From a bacterium (lineage in GTDB: Bacteria; Cyanobacteriota; Vampirovibrionia; Gastranaerophilales; JBAXKC01), in assembly GCA_037137535.1 (NCBI GenBank), contig JBAXKC010000001.1, forward strand, positions 64,001-128,000: a stretch of 64,000 nt of DNA. The letters run 5' to 3'. Positions 19,651 through 29,774 of the stretch are shown here, piece by piece. The notes beneath the pieces were generated by a model. The model made no database searches. It was not told the origin of the DNA and saw only the letters and a program-made list of their open reading frames with translations. The translations under genes and the position numbers were made by a program. Each line of letters begins with the position of its first letter. Positions within the stretch are counted from its first letter, which is position 1.

Positions 19651-19999
19651 AACTTAATATTTGTTAACCATGAAGAATAAATTCAGCCGACAATAGGGAC
19701 ATGGGCAAAACTCATGGCTGACAAGGATTTTAGGAGAATTTATTAAACTAATTCATGAGGTTTGTTAACAAGCGTTAAGAAGAGTTTAAATTTCTTTTAT
19801 CCCTTTGTATCAGTGTTTTTCAACATGACAAACCTGCTTTATCCTAAAAAACAAGTGCCTTACAGGTTATATTAAATCTCATTCGCTTTGCATGGATTGA
19901 ATTGCACATGAGTAGCATTACAATTGTATTAGGTTGCCTTAAATTGTTTTTAGGTATGATATATAAACATCTCACGAGTTAATTTGGGGTATACGGGGA

Positions 20000-20605
20000 A
20001 TGAACAGGGATATATTGAATACACAGCATTTACTAAAAGAGCGTAAGCAAAAAAAGATTTTTAATATAAAAGTTGAAAAATTAGTCAGAGAAGCAAGCGA
20101 CACTTTTATTTACTTCAAAGACTATGAAGCAGCACTTAATTTAATTGAAGAATCTCTTTTCATTGAGCCGACACATTGCAAAGCATTGATTTTAAAAGGT
20201 CATATAATGCTATGCAATGGTAAAGAAGAAGCAGCTATAAGATATTTTGATCAGGCGATTGAATCAGAACCATTTTCAGCAGAAGCATACGGAGCAATGG
20301 CGGGAACTCTTTATGTATTAGGAAGACAAGAAGAAGCTTTTTATTACAACGAAAAAGCCTTTGAATTTCTTACTCCTAAAGATAAAAACATGCTTCCATC
20401 TCTTTATGAGCAAAAGATTTCAATGTTAATTCAAATGAAAAAATTTGAAGAAGCAAACTATATGCTTCAAAAAAGTGGTAAATACCTTGCAAATGATGAT
20501 ATTTGTCAACTTTTCTCATCCTATCAGGAAACAATTAAAAACTATTTCAAACAAAGAAAAATTAAAAAACAAAAATTAGCACAAATGGCATTAAAAATAG
20601 TTTAA
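20000..20605 (+). CDS. Tetratricopeptide repeat protein
   Basis: TPR-like helices (ALILKG...EAAIRYFDQAIESEP; AYGAMAGTLYVLGRQEEA). Confidence 0.75.
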   Translation: MNRDILNTQHLLKERKQKKIFNIKVEKLVREASDTFIYFKDYEAALNLIEESLFIEPTHCKALILKGHIMLCNGKEEAAIRYFDQAIESEPFSAEAYGAMAGTLYVLGRQEEAFYYNEKAFEFLTPKDKNMLPSLYEQKISMLIQMKKFEEANYMLQKSGKYLANDDICQLFSSYQETIKNYFKQRKIKKQKLAQMALKIV

Positions 20606-20726
20606 AATATAATCACACATAAACAAAACAAGCTTCTCAAACGAGAGGCTTTTTCTTTATAAAGAGATTAATTTAAACGATAACGGGGAATAATTGAGAA
20701 TAAGTAATAAACTCGGAAATTTTAAA

Positions 20727-21026
20727 ATGATAAACGGAATAAACAGTTCCATTAACAGTTCAGTAATATCAAATATTTATGATTCAAAACAGCAAACTAA
20801 AACTCCTGAAGTTTCTTCACTAACAAATTTTGATATAGAAGATAAAGCAATAATAAGTGCTGAAGCAAAAATGCTTAATGAATCTGATAAATACAATTCG
20901 GGACAAGGAAACGAAATTGATCTTGCCATAAGTCAAATAGAAGCCAAAACTCAAACAGCAGCCGAAGTAAACGTTATAAATACTAAAAAAGAAATGATTG
21001 ATAGTGTTTTAGAGATAGGCAAATAA
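20727..21026 (+). CDS. Small protein with flagellar rod/hook C-terminal-like helix
   Basis: ATG at 20727 (TTG at 20694 possible). C-terminus IDLAISQIEAK...VINTKKEMIDSVLEI resembles the Flg_bbr_C pattern. Confidence 0.55.
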   Translation: MINGINSSINSSVISNIYDSKQQTKTPEVSSLTNFDIEDKAIISAEAKMLNESDKYNSGQGNEIDLAISQIEAKTQTAAEVNVINTKKEMIDSVLEIGK

Positions 21027-21288
21027 TAAATATTATATTTGTAATATAAATAATTTTGTCATAAACTTCAACTATTAATAAAAATCTATAAAATTAAAAA
21101 TTTGAAAGAAGATTAGATTTAATCTTCTTTATTAATTTTTAATATGAAGTATTGTTAAGAATGAGAGATTAAAAGTTCTTATATCTGTTTTTCTTATAGT
21201 ATCTTTATTAAATATGGTAAAATCAAGCATAATTCATTTATTCCGACGTTTACGTTAAAAATTACATATAAATCGGAGAGAGATCAGT

Positions 21289-22818
21289 ATGGAACAGAAG
21301 CTGGAAAAGACTCAGGGAGCTGGTGGCTTTGCTCGAATCTTCAGAAAAAAAAGTCCTGAAGAAATTATCGGCACTACAAAAAAAGCAGGTTTAGCTAAAA
21401 CCTTAGGTGCTTTTGACTTAACAGTATTAGGGATAGGAGCAATTATAGGCTCTGGAATCTTCACACTAGCAGGAACAGCTGCACTTGGAACACCTGGAAA
21501 CCCTGGAGCAGGACCTGGATTAATGATATCCTTTATATTTGCAGCTATTGCTTGCGGATTTGCAGCACTTTGCTATGCAGAATTTGCTACAATGATTCCT
21601 GCGGCAGGCAGCACTTATACTTATACATTTGCAACGCTTGGTGAATTAGCAGCATGGCTAATTGGTTGGATATTAATGCTTGAATACGCAATAGGAAACA
21701 TAACAGTCGCATGCGGATGGACGGGTTATGTTTTTGAGTTTTTAAAAGGCTTTACGCATGTCCTTCCAGCTTTTGTAACTGATGATAAATACTGGATTTA
21801 TCAATTAGACATACCATCACTACATCATACTTTATTTTTAAACATTCCGGCTATCTTTATTATGCTGCTGGTAACAGCCATTTTATATAAAGGTGTACAG
21901 GAAAGTACAAAAATGGCAGGAATCATGGTTGCGGTAAAAATCGTAGTAATTGCATTATTCGTAGGAATAGGTGCATTCTATGTAAAGCCTGCAAACTGGC
22001 ATCCATTTGTTCCAAACGGATTTAACAGTTTAATAGGTGGAGCAGCGGTTATATTCTTTGCTTATATAGGCTTTGACGCAGTTTCAACAGCTGCGGAAGA
22101 AACAAAAGACCCTCAAAAAAACTTACCAATCGGTATCATTTCCTCATTAGTAATTTGCACATTAATTTATATTATCGTTGCAGCAGTTTTAACAGGTATT
22201 ATTCCATATAAACAAATAAATGCGGAAGCTCCTGTAGCGGCAGCTATGAGATTAATAGGGCATGGAAACGTAGCAGGGTTTATCTCTTTCGGAGCAGTAG
22301 CAGGATTAACCTCCGTTCTTTTAGTATTACAATACGGTGCTATAAGAATTTTATATGCAATGTCCAGAGATGGCTTATTACCTAAAGTATTTTCAAAAGT
22401 TCACCCTAAATTCAAAACACCTCATATTATAACCATTATTGCAGGTATATTTGTTGCACTCGGAACAGTTGTTTTAAACCTTGATGAAGCAGCAAGGCTT
22501 TGCAACATAGGAACTTTAACAGCATTTATGGTAGTTTGCGCAAGCGTTATTATTTTAAGAATTAAAGACCCACATAGAGAAAGACCTTTTAAAGTTCCTT
22601 TTTCTCCTTTACTTCCATTGTTAGGAATCGGCTCATGCTTCTGGCTAATAACAGGCTTACCATTAAAAACAATCGTCTTATTTGGTTTATGGATTGTAGC
22701 AGGAATAGCAATATATTTTGCTTATGCCTACAGAAGACCCGAAGAACCTCTTTATGTACATGAAGAAGTTCCCGTAATCGAAGAAACAACAAAAGAATCT
22801 CAACCTGTATCACAATAA
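21289..22818 (+). CDS. APC-family amino acid permease (cationic amino acid transporter type)
   Basis: GIGAIIGSGIF, LCYAEFA, FFAYIGFDAVSTAAEE and RPFKVP motifs. Confidence 0.93.
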   Translation: MEQKLEKTQGAGGFARIFRKKSPEEIIGTTKKAGLAKTLGAFDLTVLGIGAIIGSGIFTLAGTAALGTPGNPGAGPGLMISFIFAAIACGFAALCYAEFATMIPAAGSTYTYTFATLGELAAWLIGWILMLEYAIGNITVACGWTGYVFEFLKGFTHVLPAFVTDDKYWIYQLDIPSLHHTLFLNIPAIFIMLLVTAILYKGVQESTKMAGIMVAVKIVVIALFVGIGAFYVKPANWHPFVPNGFNSLIGGAAVIFFAYIGFDAVSTAAEETKDPQKNLPIGIISSLVICTLIYIIVAAVLTGIIPYKQINAEAPVAAAMRLIGHGNVAGFISFGAVAGLTSVLLVLQYGAIRILYAMSRDGLLPKVFSKVHPKFKTPHIITIIAGIFVALGTVVLNLDEAARLCNIGTLTAFMVVCASVIILRIKDPHRERPFKVPFSPLLPLLGIGSCFWLITGLPLKTIVLFGLWIVAGIAIYFAYAYRRPEEPLYVHEEVPVIEETTKESQPVSQ

Positions 22819-22839
22819 CCGATACAACCGACTAAAAAT

Positions 22840-22872
22840 AAAACTCCTAATCTCGTAAGATTAGGAGTTTTT
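22840..22872. terminator. Bidirectional terminator
   Basis: AAAACTCCTAATCT-CGTA-AGATTAGGAGTTTT between convergent genes. Confidence 0.85.
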
Positions 22873-22874
22873 AT

Positions 22875-24881
22875 TTATTCTAAAACTAAAGACCATCGCT
22901 CAAGTATGTTCTCGGGAAGATCTTCTACAAACCTTGAAGGCTTTGACAAAACCATTCCTGCTGTATAATCAAACATATCAACAGGATAAGTGACATAAAG
23001 TTGACTTTTTGCCCTTGTAGCAGCAACATACATCAATCTTCTTTCTTCTTCGAGGTCCTCTTCTGAATTATAGGAATAAACAGAAGGAAACCTACCATCA
23101 ACAGCTCCTGAAATGAACACAGCTTTCCATTCAAGCCCCTTTGCGGAGTGAATAGTAGAAAGAGTAACATATTCATCTTTTATCGTGCCTGCTTCAACTT
23201 CAGAAATACTGCTATCAGGTGGATCAAGCGCTAAATCACTCAAAAAGTCCTCTAATGAAGTATAACCTTGGACAAGAGCTAAAAAATTCTCGAGATCTTT
23301 TTCACGTTTATTAAAATCATCATATTTTTCAGCAAGTAATGGATGATAATATGAAATTACTTTCTCAACAGTATCAAAAATTGTCATTTTAGAATTTTTT
23401 ATCGAATCAAAAGTACCTATAAGTTTAAATACAGCGTCTTTTGAAGTTGACTTCAACCGAACATTGCTAATATCAGGATTATCGCCTGTGATAAACATAG
23501 GAATTAATTTATTGCTAGTTGTACTGCCTATTCCGTTTAAAAGAAGTAAGATTCTGTTCCAGCTGATTACATCTTCAGGATTCATCAATACCCTTAGATG
23601 AGCTATAATGTCCTTAATATGAGCTGTTTCAACAAACTTATAGCCGCCAAACTTTTTAAACGGCAATCCCTTTTTGTTTAGCTCTATTTCAATTTTATAA
23701 GTACTTCTGGCACTTCTGGCAAGTATTGCTATATCATTTAAAGCAATACCCTCTTCTGAAAGCTCTAATATCCTCTGAGTTATAAATTCCGCCTCTGTTT
23801 GCTGATCAGGAGCACATATAACAGCAGGAAGTTCACCTGTTTTACCGTAAGAATATAAATTTTTATCATATTTTTGTATTGCATGAGAAATTATTTGATT
23901 TGATAAATTTAAAATTTCTTGAGTGCTTCTATAATTTTCTTCAAGTTTTATAATTTTTGCCCCTTCAAAAATACTTGGAAAATCCATTATATTTTGAAAG
24001 TTAGCTCCTCTAAAAGAATAAATACTCTGAGCATCATCTCCTACAGCCATTACGTTATTATGCGTATAGGCTAAAAGCCTTGCAATGTCAGCTTGTAGAT
24101 AATTAGTATCCTGATACTCATCTATCATTATGTATTTATATTTATCCGAGAGTTTTCTTCTAACCTCTTCGTTAGACTCTAAAAGTAATTTGAGGTAAAT
24201 AAGCAAATCATCATAATCAAGCAAAGAATTTTCACGCTTATATTCGCAATATTCTTTACAAATCAGCTTAATAGTTTCGGTACAATTAATAAAATGAGAA
24301 TATTCAGAGGCAATAATCTGATCTGCCGTAGAATTTTTATTTACCGATTTAGAATAAATATCGCAAATAGTAGATTTACGAGGAAAACGTTTCTCCTTTA
24401 CTTCAGGAAATCTTCCTCTGACAAGATCAATAATATCTTCAGCATCACTACGATCTAAAATTGTAAAAGAATTTTTCAAACCTAATAAACTTGAATGTTT
24501 TCTGAGAATCAAATTTGCAAAAGAATGAAAAGTTCCTCCTGAAACCCCTTCACATCTTGAATCAAGAACAATAGAAGCTCTATCTGTCATTTCTTTAGCC
24601 GCTTTTCTCGTAAAGGAAAGCAACAGTATATTTTCAGGATCAATCCCTTTTTCAACAAGCCTTGCAACTCTATAAATAAGTGTTCTTGTTTTACCCGTAC
24701 CTGCACCGGCAATAACCAAAACAGGGCCATCTGTAGAAGATACTGCTTCATATTGGCTTGTGTTTAATTCAGTCCTATAACTTATTTTAAAATTTTCTTC
24801 TACATTAAGAGCTCGTTTTAAAACATACTGCTTAGGTTTTATCTGATTATTTTTTGAAATATCAATAATATTTTTATCCAT
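22875..24881 (-). CDS. UvrD/PcrA/Rep-family SF1 DNA helicase
   Basis: AGAGTGKT, TFHS, DEYQDTN, VGDDAQSIYSFRGA, NYRST, TIHSAKGLEW and EERRLMYVAATRAK motifs. Confidence 0.95.
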   Translation of the reverse strand: MDKNIIDISKNNQIKPKQYVLKRALNVEENFKISYRTELNTSQYEAVSSTDGPVLVIAGAGTGKTRTLIYRVARLVEKGIDPENILLLSFTRKAAKEMTDRASIVLDSRCEGVSGGTFHSFANLILRKHSSLLGLKNSFTILDRSDAEDIIDLVRGRFPEVKEKRFPRKSTICDIYSKSVNKNSTADQIIASEYSHFINCTETIKLICKEYCEYKRENSLLDYDDLLIYLKLLLESNEEVRRKLSDKYKYIMIDEYQDTNYLQADIARLLAYTHNNVMAVGDDAQSIYSFRGANFQNIMDFPSIFEGAKIIKLEENYRSTQEILNLSNQIISHAIQKYDKNLYSYGKTGELPAVICAPDQQTEAEFITQRILELSEEGIALNDIAILARSARSTYKIEIELNKKGLPFKKFGGYKFVETAHIKDIIAHLRVLMNPEDVISWNRILLLLNGIGSTTSNKLIPMFITGDNPDISNVRLKSTSKDAVFKLIGTFDSIKNSKMTIFDTVEKVISYYHPLLAEKYDDFNKREKDLENFLALVQGYTSLEDFLSDLALDPPDSSISEVEAGTIKDEYVTLSTIHSAKGLEWKAVFISGAVDGRFPSVYSYNSEEDLEEERRLMYVAATRAKSQLYVTYPVDMFDYTAGMVLSKPSRFVEDLPENILERWSLVLE

Positions 24882-25111
24882 AAATATATTATACGGTTTT
24901 AAAAATAAATTAAAAACTAAATTTTAATTCCCTCAAATAAATAAAACTCATCATCTTGTAGTTTGATTTATTAAAATTATTTGAAATTTATAATAAAAAT
25001 CGGTCAAAATAAAGTTATAGAGTTAATCAATTTATGTTTTTGATATAATTACCACATATTTTGAAATTAGCTTAGGATTATTCCTTTTACGGGTATAAAG
25101 GTGGAATATAA

Positions 25112-26362
25112 ATGCGTGAACCTAGAAACAGAAACTTAAAGAAAACTAAAAAAATCAATTCAAATGACAAATTTACAGCCTTATGGAGTCTTTCCGCAAT
25201 AGGAATAAGTTTATTAATAAGTTTAGCCATATTATTATGCACTCATCCGTCATGGCTACCAGGACTGGCCTCTAAATTACCTGCTGGGCCAAGTCTACCA
25301 TTTCTTGATAATAAACAGAATATCTTACTTCTCGGTGTTGATTCAAACGGAAAAAATTCAGACCCTTTTGATCATACAAGAAGCGATTCTATTATTGTTT
25401 TAAGCATTGATCCTTTTGGAAAAACAGTTAATGCCCTTTCAATTCCAAGAGACAGTAAAGTTCAAATTGCAGACAACAATGGGATTGATAAAATTAATGC
25501 AGCTCACGCATTTGGAGGTCCACAATTAACAATAAAAACAATACAACAAACTTTCGGAATAAAAATAGACCATTATATAGCTGTAAACTATGATGCAATA
25601 AGAGAACTAGTAACTATACTGGGCGGTGTACCTATAAATGTAGAAAAAAGAATGAGATACAGGGATAGAACCGCTAAACTTAATATAGATCTATATCCTG
25701 GTCGTCAGGTACTGAATGCTGAACAAGCAGAAGGTTATTTAAGATTCAGACACGATGCAATCGGTGATATCGGACGTATGCAAAGACAACAATGGTTTGT
25801 TAGAGGTTTAGTAGAAAAACTGCAATCACCTGAAATAGTAACTAAAATCCCGCAACTTATTGATGCTCTTTCAAAATATGTAAGAACAGATATGAATATA
25901 TTTGACCTCACAAAACTTGCAGGATATGCAAAACAAGTTGATTTTTCTAAAGTACAATCAGCAACTTTACCGGGAAAACCTTCTAACAGAGGACATATAA
26001 GCTATTGGATACTGGATGCTGAAAAAACACAAGAAATAATTGACAGGTTAATCTACAAGACAGATGCTCAAATTACTCATCCGTTAACGGTTAGTATTGT
26101 ATATGCAGCCGATAAAGCAAATGAAGCAGCACTTGCTAAAACAGCTGTTGAAAAAGCAGGCTTTACAGTAGGATGCACAAATCAAAATAATTTCCCCCAT
26201 ACACAAATAATGTCACACTCGGCAGAAGCCTCTCTTAAGCTGGCTACAACCTTTAAAAAGCAAATCCCATCACTTGAAAAAGCACAATTTATAATATCTC
26301 CAAATAATTATTTATGCGGAAAAACAGATTACACTATAGTACTTTCAAGCCAAGATAGGTAA
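25112..26362 (+). CDS. LCP (LytR-CpsA-Psr) family protein
   Basis: N-terminal TM; NILLLGVD, RSDSI, SIPRD, KINAAH, RFRHD and DIGRMQRQQ motifs. Confidence 0.92.
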   Translation: MREPRNRNLKKTKKINSNDKFTALWSLSAIGISLLISLAILLCTHPSWLPGLASKLPAGPSLPFLDNKQNILLLGVDSNGKNSDPFDHTRSDSIIVLSIDPFGKTVNALSIPRDSKVQIADNNGIDKINAAHAFGGPQLTIKTIQQTFGIKIDHYIAVNYDAIRELVTILGGVPINVEKRMRYRDRTAKLNIDLYPGRQVLNAEQAEGYLRFRHDAIGDIGRMQRQQWFVRGLVEKLQSPEIVTKIPQLIDALSKYVRTDMNIFDLTKLAGYAKQVDFSKVQSATLPGKPSNRGHISYWILDAEKTQEIIDRLIYKTDAQITHPLTVSIVYAADKANEAALAKTAVEKAGFTVGCTNQNNFPHTQIMSHSAEASLKLATTFKKQIPSLEKAQFIISPNNYLCGKTDYTIVLSSQDR

Positions 26363-26365
26363 CAA

Positions 26366-27001
26366 ATGATTAAAAAAAATTGTTTAACTTTCAGCTTATT
26401 GCTAATGATGTTACATTTGCCTGCGATTGCGGATGAATCAATCCAATCACCTTTTAAGCAAGGATTAACAGCTCCAAAACAGGAACAGACACAATCAGTT
26501 CAATCAGAAACAACAATTGAACCACCAAAAACTCAAGTTCAAGTAAATAATCCTCTGAATAATCCTCTAAATAAACTGGGAGTTGTTTGGGCTCAAAATG
26601 CAATAATAAAAGCGGATGATTTGCTTAAAAAGAAAAAAACAATAGAAGCAAAAGCGATTATAAAACCTCTTGAAACATGGTTGATTGATGCAACAGAAGC
26701 TCATACAGAGCTTTATAAGACGCTAAGAGGAATTGAAACAGCAAAAGTACAAGCAGAGCTTGAAAGAGAACTTGCTTTAAGTTTTGCAATCCTAAGAGAT
26801 AAAGCAGAGCTTGAATTAGGATTAATCAATATAGAAGAAAAACAATATGATAAAGCAGTCGAAGAGCTTGTAAGTGTTGTGAAATCACAACCAAAAACCG
26901 CTTTAGGAATGCAGGCCTATGATGCGCTAAAAGAAATAGGCTTTACTTATGAAGCAAAATTATCTGAAGAACAAAAAACACAGGAAATTAAACCTTTCTA
27001 A
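26366..27001 (+). CDS. Exported helical (TPR-like) hypothetical protein
   Basis: Signal peptide ending AIA-DE; C-terminal helices QYDKAVEELVSVVKSQP. Confidence 0.7.
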   Translation: MIKKNCLTFSLLLMMLHLPAIADESIQSPFKQGLTAPKQEQTQSVQSETTIEPPKTQVQVNNPLNNPLNKLGVVWAQNAIIKADDLLKKKKTIEAKAIIKPLETWLIDATEAHTELYKTLRGIETAKVQAELERELALSFAILRDKAELELGLINIEEKQYDKAVEELVSVVKSQPKTALGMQAYDALKEIGFTYEAKLSEEQKTQEIKPF

Positions 27002-27016
27002 ATGTATTTACGCTAA

Positions 27017-27679
27017 TTGGAGAACAATATGAAGCTTTTAGACATAAAAGAAAGACACAGCGTAAGAAATTTTTCAGACAAAGCTGTTCCTGATGAAATA
27101 ATTGAAAATATACTTGAAGCGGGAAGATTAGCTCCATCATGGGTAAATGTTCAGCCATGGCACTTTATTGCGATCAGAGATAAAGAAACTAAAGAGTTAT
27201 TAAAAGAACTCTCCAGCGGGCAACCTCATTTAGTAACAGCGGATACAGTCATCATTTGCTGTGGAAATAAAATGGCCTGGGAATACAACAATTATAAAGC
27301 TGTTATTACCTCCAAGCCTGGAATACCGCAAGAAAAAATAGACAGACTGCTTTCTTATCCAAACTTTAACCAAGAAGGGCAAGAAGCAGTAAAATTAAGA
27401 TGTGTGGAAGAAGTTACCTATGCCGTAGCATATATGACTCTTGAAGCTCACAAAAACGGTTTAGGCTGCTGTATAATAGGTGCTTTTGGGAATGAATTGA
27501 CAGAAACAAACCCTGAAGTCTATGAAAAAGTCAGAGAAAGATTAAATTTACCTGAAGAATTAATGATAATAACTTTATTACCCATAGGTTATTCCGCAGA
27601 GAAAAATATCGCTCCTAAAAAAAGAAAACAAAAAGAAGATGTTGTTTCTTATGAAAAATTTGGTAATAAAACCAAATAG
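27017..27679 (+). CDS. Nitroreductase family protein
   Basis: RHSVRNF, APSWVNVQPWHF, GLGCCIIG and LPIGY motifs. Confidence 0.92.
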   Translation: MENNMKLLDIKERHSVRNFSDKAVPDEIIENILEAGRLAPSWVNVQPWHFIAIRDKETKELLKELSSGQPHLVTADTVIICCGNKMAWEYNNYKAVITSKPGIPQEKIDRLLSYPNFNQEGQEAVKLRCVEEVTYAVAYMTLEAHKNGLGCCIIGAFGNELTETNPEVYEKVRERLNLPEELMIITLLPIGYSAEKNIAPKKRKQKEDVVSYEKFGNKTK

Positions 27680-27753
27680 CAACATTTGATAATTGATTAA
27701 TTTAAAAATAAAATATTTTAATCTTTTGAGGATTAGTTATTATAAGAGAATAA

Positions 27754-27978
27754 TTAATCCTCGAAATAAATTTCCCACATTTTTATAGTTCCGCAATATT
27801 CACAACAAGCATGACCATTCATAAAATCGATATCAGGAACAAAAGTATAGCCATCAACGTTAAGTACAATCTGATCATTATTATTTATAGACTGCTTAAT
27901 TTCCCCTTTGCCTTTATAATTGGGGCTAAGCATTAAAGTAAATTTATCAGAACTATTACAATTTTTACATCTAAACAT
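27754..27978 (-). CDS. Small Zn-ribbon protein
   Basis: CKNC and CEYC pairs in 74 aa. Confidence 0.7.
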   Translation of the reverse strand: MFRCKNCNSSDKFTLMLSPNYKGKGEIKQSINNNDQIVLNVDGYTFVPDIDFMNGHACCEYCGTIKMWEIYFED

Positions 27979-27981
27979 TCG

Positions 27982-28956
27982 TTATTTTTTCTTCTTTTTT
28001 CCACTTACTTTAGAATTAAAAGACTGATAAAGTAAAGTAAAACACACACTACCAAAGGGCAATAATAAAGTACCCATAACAAAATTTATGATTAAAGCAA
28101 CTATACTCTTTGGAGCTTCTAAAGTAATTTGAGATAAAATTACTTTATCAACTACAAAGAAATTAATTATTGATTTTATATAATATTGTACCCCATTATT
28201 TAAAATTTTAACCAAAAATGAATTCACTCCCAAAAAAGACAGTAAATAACTAAACGATGAAGAAATTAAAATTGAGATAATAGAGAAAAGAATTATAAAT
28301 CCACAAATTTTTCCAAAGTTATTATTAACAATCTGCCAGCTTTTTTTCAAATAACCAAACGAAGAATATTTTTCAAAAGCAAAGACTTGATTTGACAGAG
28401 ATATAAAAATTGAAATAATACCAAGAGAAATAAAAGAAATAAAGCTTAAAAATACAAGTCCAAAAATGGCAAAAGGAATGGGTAATCCGACTAAAGTCAA
28501 AGAACCGAACAGTATGGCAGGTCCCAACAGACAAATTAGCCATAAAACAGAAACTAAAAGAAGTAAATAAATATACTCCTTACTTTTAAGTTTGACAGCT
28601 GAAGAGTATTCTTGTAATTTTTTTAATTTAGTTCCTTTAATAACATCTTCAGATAATAAAATTGTAGAAATTATAGCAATCAGCAACTCCCAAAAGGCTT
28701 TCATAAAAAGCAAAAAGCCCGGGGCAAGGACAAGAAGAAGCCCTAAAATCAACAGCGGCATAAACCTAATTAAAGTTTGCTGTGGAAAATGAGACAAATA
28801 ACCCGTTTCTATATAGTAACAGCCACAAAAAATCCAAGAAATACCGATAATATGACCAATTATAGGGAAAAGCATTATTCTGGAAAAAGGGAAAATATTT
28901 TTAAAATAAAGCTTAATACTTTTAAAAATAATACTGAATATCCCTTTATTCTGCAT
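27982..28956 (-). CDS. Polytopic membrane protein of unknown function
   Basis: Six to seven hydrophobic segments; KKSWQIV..NF pattern. Confidence 0.75.
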   Translation of the reverse strand: MQNKGIFSIIFKSIKLYFKNIFPFSRIMLFPIIGHIIGISWIFCGCYYIETGYLSHFPQQTLIRFMPLLILGLLLVLAPGFLLFMKAFWELLIAIISTILLSEDVIKGTKLKKLQEYSSAVKLKSKEYIYLLLLVSVLWLICLLGPAILFGSLTLVGLPIPFAIFGLVFLSFISFISLGIISIFISLSNQVFAFEKYSSFGYLKKSWQIVNNNFGKICGFIILFSIISILISSSFSYLLSFLGVNSFLVKILNNGVQYYIKSIINFFVVDKVILSQITLEAPKSIVALIINFVMGTLLLPFGSVCFTLLYQSFNSKVSGKKKKK

Positions 28957-29014
28957 AAAAAATAATTTCCTTATTTGCCTTATAATATTTATTCTATGAC
29001 AAGCTATAATATAC

Positions 29015-29041
29015 TAAATACGATTAACTTGTATCCGATAA
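29015..29041 (+). promoter_or_regulatory. Candidate sigma-28 (FliA) promoter
   Basis: TAAA-N15-TCCGATAA, one mismatch to TAAA-N15-GCCGATAA, 25 nt before the PHP gene ATG. Confidence 0.5.
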
Positions 29042-29066
29042 TTAAATTAAATTGCGTGAAAAATAA

Positions 29067-29717
29067 ATGAATAATGATTTTACAAAAATATTAAGTTCCT
29101 TATCAGAAAATGATTATTATGAAAATGCCAATTTCCATATACATTCAACTTGCTCTGATGGGCTTCTTTCTCCTGAAGCTATTATTAAAAATGCAGTAAA
29201 ATTAAACTTAAAATATATTTCAATTACAGATCATAATACACTTGATGCTTATAAGTCATTTGATTGTTTTAATCAAGCTAACCTTCAAGTAATAACGGGG
29301 GTTGAATTTGACTGCTGGCATAAAGGAACACTATTACATATTTTAGGATATGGGGTTGATATAAATAACAAAGAACTAAACAGTCTATGCGGGAAAAAAA
29401 ATATTGAAAAAAGAGCAGATGTTGTTAGATTTTTCAATCAAAGAGGTGCAAAACAAGTAATTGATTTTATAAAAAAAGCAGGTGGAACAGCAATTTTAGC
29501 TCATCCGGGATGTACGTTAAGAATAGGATTTAAACATTTTGTAAAAGAACTGAAATCATATGGTCTTGACGGATTAGAAGTTTATTACCCTTATAAAAAC
29601 TACAAAAAACTTATAAATATTCATAATAGAAAAAAACTTCTTGAACTATGCAAAGGATTAGATCTTTACGCCAGCGGCGGAAGTGATTGCCATGGTATTG
29701 ATTTAAGGTTAAGATAA
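29067..29717 (+). CDS. PHP-domain phosphoesterase (TrpH/YciV-like)
   Basis: HIHSTCSDG, ITDHN, GVE, HILGY, LAHP, GLEVYYP and GGSDCHG motifs. Confidence 0.9.
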   Translation: MNNDFTKILSSLSENDYYENANFHIHSTCSDGLLSPEAIIKNAVKLNLKYISITDHNTLDAYKSFDCFNQANLQVITGVEFDCWHKGTLLHILGYGVDINNKELNSLCGKKNIEKRADVVRFFNQRGAKQVIDFIKKAGGTAILAHPGCTLRIGFKHFVKELKSYGLDGLEVYYPYKNYKKLINIHNRKKLLELCKGLDLYASGGSDCHGIDLRLR

Positions 29718-29774
29718 CAATTTAAAGCGGTGAAGAATAACTCTTCACCACTTTAAGTTTATAAAAGAATATTT

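Noticed and set aside
19684-19720. CAGCC...GGCTG hairpin as a c-di-GMP or other riboswitch
   Set aside because: Short stem with no second conserved hairpin or tetraloop/receptor pattern.
19308-19999. Cobalamin riboswitch, or DnaA-box cluster/oriC, in the long spacer upstream of nrdJ
   Set aside because: No B12-box or other conserved riboswitch elements seen; only one degenerate TTTCCACA, no box cluster.
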